Shown here in pieces: positions 59,290-64,000 of a stretch of DNA of 64,000 nt. A program made the position numbers and the translations under genes. A model generated the notes under the pieces. The model worked only from the letters and a program-made list of their open reading frames with translations. It did no database searches and had not been told where the DNA came from. Position 1 is the first letter of the stretch, and each line of letters starts with the position of its first letter. This DNA is from an uncultured Parabacteroides sp. GTDB lineage: Bacteria; Bacteroidota; Bacteroidia; Bacteroidales; Tannerellaceae. The stretch is from assembly GCA_900541965.1 (NCBI GenBank), contig UQLN01000002.1, positions 16,547 through 80,546 of the forward strand, in the 5' to 3' direction.

Positions 59290-61329
59290 TTATTTTACTT
59301 CGCTTCCCGGTTTTACTTCTTTTTGCGGAGTGATGACAGACAGTTTTCCGTCAAAATCCTCAGCAGAAAGAATCATACCTTCGGATACGATGCCTTTTAA
59401 TTTACGGGGAGCCAGATTTGCTACAAAACAAACCTGTTTACCTACCAGTTCTTCCGGGGCATAATGCTGGGCAATTCCCGAAACAATCGTACGTTTTTCC
59501 AGGCCGTCGTCAATACGGAATTGAAGCAGTTTATCCGCTTTTGGAACTTTTGTACATTCAAGAATGGTTCCTACACGGATATCCAATTTCATAAAGTCAT
59601 CGAACTCAATGTTTTCACGGATTGGTTTTGCCTTGTAATTTGCTTCTTCATTTGCTTTCTTGGTATCGAGAAGTTTCTGTACTTGTGCCTCAATTACGCT
59701 ATCTTCCATTTTTTCAAACAAAAGTTCGGATTTACCTAACTGATGGCCGGCTTCCAGCAAATCGGTAGAGCCTAAACGATCCCAACCCAGCGGCTGTACA
59801 TTCAGCATCTTGTTCAAACGTTCCATGCTGAAAGGCAGGAACGGTTCAAAAGCAATAGCCAGGTTTGCCGTAATCTGCAAAGCGATATTCATGATAGTTG
59901 CCACGCGCGACATATCCGTTTTAGCCAGTTTCCAAGGTTCCGTGTCAGCAAGGTATTTATTACCGATACGTGCCAGATTCATCGCTTCTTTTTGTGCATC
60001 ACGGAAATGGTATGCATCGAGCAGGCGCTCCACATCTTCCTTCACATTTGCAAAATCGGTCATAGTCTGACGGTCATAGTCGGTCAACTCTCCAGCCGCA
60101 GGTACTTTGCCATCAAAATATTTTTCGGTAAGAACAAGGGCACGGTTCACGAAGTTACCCAGAATAGCAACCAGCTCGTTATTGTTGCGTGCCTGGAAAT
60201 CTTTCCAGGTAAAGTCGTTATCTTTTGTTTCCGGGGCATTAGCAGTTAGGACATAACGCAATACATCCTGCTTACCCGGCATATCTACCAGATATTCATT
60301 CAACCATACAGCCCAGTTACGGGATGTGGAGATTTTATCACCTTCCAGGTTAAGGAACTCATTTGCAGGTACATTTTCCGGAAGGTTATAGGAACCTTCC
60401 GCCTTCAGCATCGATGGAAATACGATGCAGTGGAATACGATATTATCTTTACCGATAAAATGAACCATCTTTGTTTCCGGATCTTTCCACCACGTTTCCC
60501 AAGAATCGGGAAGCAATTCTTTTGTATTGGAGATATATCCGATAGGAGCATCAAACCAGACATAGAGCACTTTACCTTCGGCGCCTTCCACCGGCACAGG
60601 TATGCCCCAGTCCAGGTCGCGACTTACTGCGCGTGGCTGAAGTCCCATATCCAGCCAGCTTTTACACTGTCCGTATACATTCGGTTTCCATTCTTTATGA
60701 CCTTCCAGAATCCATTCGCGCAAGAAAGGTTCCCATTTGTCAAGAGGCAGGTACCAGTGTTTGGTTTCCTTCATCACGGGCTTGCTTCCACTGATTGCCG
60801 ACTTCGGGTCGATCAGGTCTGTCGGACTAAGCGAGGTACCGCAGGCTTCACACTGATCGCCATAGGCTTTCTCGTTACCGCAATGAGGGCATGTTCCGGT
60901 TATATAACGGTCGGCAAGGAATTGTTTAGCTTCCTCATCGTAATATTGTTCGCTTGTTTTCTCAATAAATTCGCCTTTATCATATAAGGTACGGAAGAAA
61001 TCCGAAGCCATCTGATGGTGCGTAGCTGAAGTAGTGCGGGAATAGATATCGAAAGTTATCCCGAAATCTTCAAAAGATTTCTTGATAATGCCATGATACC
61101 GGTCCACTACATCCTGTGGAGTTATCCCTTCTTTCTTTGCTCTCAGAGTAATAGGTACCCCATGCTCATCCGAGCCGCCAATCATCAGTACTTCTTCCCC
61201 TTTCAACCGAAGATAACGCGCATAAATATCAGCAGGCACATATACCCCCGCCAAATGACCAATATGCACCGGTCCGTTAGCATACGGCAACGCTGTTGTT
61301 ATCAGCGTTCTTTTAAATCGCTTTTCCAT
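59290..61329 (-). CDS. metG: Methionine--tRNA ligase.
   Basis: The start is at [25 protein letters not shown] (HIGH motif). It carries the KMSKS-equivalent, Zn-knuckle cysteines ([18 protein letters not shown]) and a C-terminal tRNA-binding EMAP-like domain. Confidence 0.95.
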   Translation of the reverse strand: MEKRFKRTLITTALPYANGPVHIGHLAGVYVPADIYARYLRLKGEEVLMIGGSDEHGVPITLRAKKEGITPQDVVDRYHGIIKKSFEDFGITFDIYSRTTSATHHQMASDFFRTLYDKGEFIEKTSEQYYDEEAKQFLADRYITGTCPHCGNEKAYGDQCEACGTSLSPTDLIDPKSAISGSKPVMKETKHWYLPLDKWEPFLREWILEGHKEWKPNVYGQCKSWLDMGLQPRAVSRDLDWGIPVPVEGAEGKVLYVWFDAPIGYISNTKELLPDSWETWWKDPETKMVHFIGKDNIVFHCIVFPSMLKAEGSYNLPENVPANEFLNLEGDKISTSRNWAVWLNEYLVDMPGKQDVLRYVLTANAPETKDNDFTWKDFQARNNNELVAILGNFVNRALVLTEKYFDGKVPAAGELTDYDRQTMTDFANVKEDVERLLDAYHFRDAQKEAMNLARIGNKYLADTEPWKLAKTDMSRVATIMNIALQITANLAIAFEPFLPFSMERLNKMLNVQPLGWDRLGSTDLLEAGHQLGKSELLFEKMEDSVIEAQVQKLLDTKKANEEANYKAKPIRENIEFDDFMKLDIRVGTILECTKVPKADKLLQFRIDDGLEKRTIVSGIAQHYAPEELVGKQVCFVANLAPRKLKGIVSEGMILSAEDFDGKLSVITPQKEVKPGSEVK

Positions 61330-61380
61330 ACCTTTTGTTCTATTTTTGAGGCACAAAGGTAAGGAATAATTTGAAATGTA

Positions 61381-63012
61381 TTACTCAAATACCAGCTCAA
61401 ACTCATCCAGATACAATGCACTGCTGGTACTTCCGGTAAAGTAATCGCCATATTTACTTGCAGAAGCCACAATCAAAACATAAGTAGGCTTCGTAAAATA
61501 ATCCCGGTATTGAAGATTAATATTGAAGGTGCTATATTCCTTATTCTCCGTACCGGCTTTAAATTCTCCAAAAGCAATCATAGACTCGTTCTTCCAGCTC
61601 AAATCAACAAACTGTCCTTTTTGAGTATTCACCCTGAAAGGTTGCGTCCAGTCAAATAATGCGATATAAATATGGCAAGAATCCTTTTGCCCCATCATCT
61701 CGCTATATGCAGGACCTGCATAATCAATTGTCCCGGGACGATAACTATAATATCCTTTCATTCCGGAAGGACGGCCTGAATACGGTCTTCCAAAATCCAA
61801 CTCAGCTCCCGGATTTTTAATATCCATAATCGCTTTAATAAATTGTCCCGTATAAATATTACCGGCGGCAAACGCTACCATCGCATATTCAGAATGAAGA
61901 TATGCGGCAGAACCTTTAATTACATTTCGCTTTTCTTCTTCCGTTGGAGTCTTACCAGCTGTTTTTGCCCCTCCATTCCCTGAATCCCAGAAATAATTGT
62001 CATCTAAGTCTTTATTTGGATAATATGTTCCATTAGCCGCTATCCAATTATCAAAATTCAGGTTTGGTACTTGCAAGACTGTTTCAGTAGTAATTTCTTT
62101 TATTCCTTCAGATTTTCCATCGACAATTACCTCATATTGATAAGTAGTCTGAGGTTGCAAATGTGTCATCATCGCCAAATAAGTATCCTCTTCAAACGAG
62201 ATTTCATGAGATAAAACAGAATCCCACTCTTCTGCTTCTTTCTCTTTATAACGAATTACAACTGAATTATTTTTCGTGTTTCCTCTCAGATAAACACGTT
62301 TAGCCCACACTGATACTTCTGCCGTTTTCTCGTCCTCATTCTGGTGTAAAACACTAACAGTCCATTTCTCCGTTACTCCGAAGGTAGTGACTTCAAAAAA
62401 CCGAGGACGCCTAAAATCATGGACTTCTGTCGGTTCAGGAACTGTTACGGCCACAGAACTTCCTAATTGCAAGCTCTCTATCTCTATATTATCAAAGGTT
62501 GGCTGTTTTGCTCCATCTACATAAATAATAACATGTTTTGTCACAGCATCGACAAGCGGGGTACCCTCCTGATTCTTTACTTTAATAATCCGGTTTATAT
62601 CGTGCTCTACAGAAACAGTCCACCAATAATCCTGGTAAAGTTTTAAAAGAAAAGATACCGGTTCCCTAAAATTCATACGAGTATTGACCAACTGAGGCAT
62701 ACTATCTACAGAAGAAAATCCCGTATCCGGGAAATGAATAAAATCAATACATTTACTTGAATCCGGAATCAAGGTCATGCCCGATGTAATTTCCAATGTT
62801 TTTATGCGTACATCTTTCAAATCAATCGTATCAGCAATTTTAACTTTCACTGTATTAGTTTCTACATCTATTTTAGAAGAAACCATTCCATCGACCTCAA
62901 ATTTCAATATCTCACCTTTAATTATAGGACACGGTATATCATTCTCTATACAACTTGACAAGAGAAAAAATAAACAGAACCACAACCCCGGATATATGAT
63001 TTTATTTCTCAT
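61381..63012 (-). CDS. Hypothetical lipoprotein (possible PCMD-like, carbohydrate-associated).
   Basis: 543 aa with the lipobox FLLSSCIEND. The C-terminal motif SKYGDYFTGSTSSALYLDEFELVF is shared with the partial gene at the window end. Confidence 0.45.
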   Translation of the reverse strand: MRNKIIYPGLWFCLFFLLSSCIENDIPCPIIKGEILKFEVDGMVSSKIDVETNTVKVKIADTIDLKDVRIKTLEITSGMTLIPDSSKCIDFIHFPDTGFSSVDSMPQLVNTRMNFREPVSFLLKLYQDYWWTVSVEHDINRIIKVKNQEGTPLVDAVTKHVIIYVDGAKQPTFDNIEIESLQLGSSVAVTVPEPTEVHDFRRPRFFEVTTFGVTEKWTVSVLHQNEDEKTAEVSVWAKRVYLRGNTKNNSVVIRYKEKEAEEWDSVLSHEISFEEDTYLAMMTHLQPQTTYQYEVIVDGKSEGIKEITTETVLQVPNLNFDNWIAANGTYYPNKDLDDNYFWDSGNGGAKTAGKTPTEEEKRNVIKGSAAYLHSEYAMVAFAAGNIYTGQFIKAIMDIKNPGAELDFGRPYSGRPSGMKGYYSYRPGTIDYAGPAYSEMMGQKDSCHIYIALFDWTQPFRVNTQKGQFVDLSWKNESMIAFGEFKAGTENKEYSTFNINLQYRDYFTKPTYVLIVASASKYGDYFTGSTSSALYLDEFELVFE

Positions 63013-63018
63013 TTCTTT

Positions 63019-63765
63019 TTACAGGTAAAAGACAATTCCTAAATCTATCGACAAAAGATTTATTTTAAAATTTGCAGAACTGGCATGACGGGAACCTTTA
63101 TAAACCTGGTCTTTTGTCTGGTCATACCATTTAAAATCCAAACCGGCTACATTTACTGATGCTTCCACTGCTGCATAATCATTAATGAAAACTGTCAACC
63201 CAGGAGCCACACCAATATTCAAAGAGTGCTTCAATTGATGTACACCGCTCAAATCAACACCTGTACCACTGGTAGACTTACTGGTTGAATAACCATAAGT
63301 TACCCGTGCTTCATTAAATAAACCAAAACGTTTACTATCCCCAAGATTCAAATATGTCCGCAAAAAGACTGCACCGGAAATAGTATGGGATACATCATGA
63401 TAATCCTCTATGTCAAAACTCAAATCATCACCTAATGATAAGCTGATATTATCCAACTTTGTATAAGAACGGGAATACGCTAAACGCCCTCCAATCGAGA
63501 TGTTATTCCGAATAGCATAACTGACTAAAGGGGTTATTTTGAATGTATATCCTTCACTGTCTATATCTTTCAAAACAGACAAAAATTCAAAATTATCATC
63601 TACATGCTCCGAATATGAAAAGGTAGTACCTACCATCCATTGCCCTTTCGGAATAAAAGTTTTCATCACGATCCCACGATCGTATTTAGTATCTTTGGCT
63701 TCTTTTCCGAAAACAGATAGAGGAAAAATAACCAGGCAAAGAATATACAAGATATTTTTTATCAT
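63019..63765 (-). CDS. Outer membrane beta-barrel protein (porin-like).
   Basis: The start is at MIKNILYILCLVIFPLSVFG, placed 1 nt after the upstream gene's stop. Alternating hydrophobic beta-strand pattern. It ends with an aromatic residue (...GIVFYL). Confidence 0.5.
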   Translation of the reverse strand: MIKNILYILCLVIFPLSVFGKEAKDTKYDRGIVMKTFIPKGQWMVGTTFSYSEHVDDNFEFLSVLKDIDSEGYTFKITPLVSYAIRNNISIGGRLAYSRSYTKLDNISLSLGDDLSFDIEDYHDVSHTISGAVFLRTYLNLGDSKRFGLFNEARVTYGYSTSKSTSGTGVDLSGVHQLKHSLNIGVAPGLTVFINDYAAVEASVNVAGLDFKWYDQTKDQVYKGSRHASSANFKINLLSIDLGIVFYL

Positions 63766-63766
63766 A

Positions 63767-64000
63767 TTATTTAAAAGATTTTTCATTATAATCAAAAGAT
63801 AACGATAAGTTGTCGACATATAGCACACTTCCAATACCCATTTTGCCTGTAACCTTTGAACCTGTAAATATTCCACCATATTTACTTGATGACATAACAA
63901 TCGCTATTGTTTTAGGAATCACATTCTTTTCTGTGTATTTTATATCTATCTCAAATTTTGTATACTCATCAACTTTCTGGCTGGAATTAAAACGTCCGTA
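63767..64000 (-). CDS. 3' end of a paralog of the 61381..63012 lipoprotein (truncated by the window end).
   Basis: The minus-strand frame is open from the window end down to TAA at 63769-63767. The translation ...MSSSKYGGIFTGSKVTGKMGIGSVLYVDNLSLSF aligns with the C-terminus of the 61381 gene. Confidence 0.4.
   Translation of the reverse strand, partial: YGRFNSSQKVDEYTKFEIDIKYTEKNVIPKTIAIVMSSSKYGGIFTGSKVTGKMGIGSVLYVDNLSLSFDYNEKSFK

Overview
The window reads as a Bacteroidales-type chromosomal segment of about 40% GC. Promoters fit the TTTG / TAnnTTTG pattern, there are SusC/SusD pairs, and NDH-1 is present in its 11-subunit form.

Gene order, left to right:
- A 5'-partial beta-propeller protein, then a periplasmic-propeller sensor histidine kinase that lacks any receiver or DNA-binding output, then a TonB-dependent receptor with an N-terminal TPR domain.
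- A decayed gene remnant overlain by a 42-bp tandem repeat array.
- SusC/SusD pair #1, followed by a strongly codon-optimised TPR lipoprotein.
- nuoABCDHIJKLMN.
- typA and rpsO, then an XRE-cupin regulator and an acyl-CoA ligase.
- ahcY, bracketed by two copies of a heptamer-repeat inverted-repeat element.
- A six-gene, translationally coupled operon: SAM methyltransferase, hddA, gmhA, hddC, gmhB and a GT4 glycosyltransferase, i.e. a GDP-D-glycero-D-manno-heptose pathway.
- SusC/SusD pair #2, followed by a tandem array of three genes carrying four copies of an unrecognised secreted ~150-aa domain.
- A minus-strand glycan-assembly locus: ugd, FkbM methyltransferase, Wzx, GT2, GT11 alpha1,2-fucosyltransferase, GT2, GT10 alpha1,3-fucosyltransferase, a fucosyltransferase-like hypothetical, an MFS transporter, a GT and YfhO. 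It has no Wzy, Wzz or UpxY and sits next to metG. That is the arrangement I associate with the Bacteroidetes general protein O-glycosylation (lfg) locus.
- Paralogous lipoproteins flanking an outer-membrane beta-barrel gene.

The non-coding structure most worth a second look:
- The secreted-domain paralog array.
- The TGACAGT-heptamer inverted-repeat elements flanking ahcY.
- A CATAGTTATG 10-mer repeated three times at 22-bp spacing at two loci 33 kb apart.
- The 42-bp palindromic tandem repeats.
- The pairing of a heptose/methyltransferase operon with ahcY.

No integrase or transposase, CRISPR array, tRNA or rRNA was seen.
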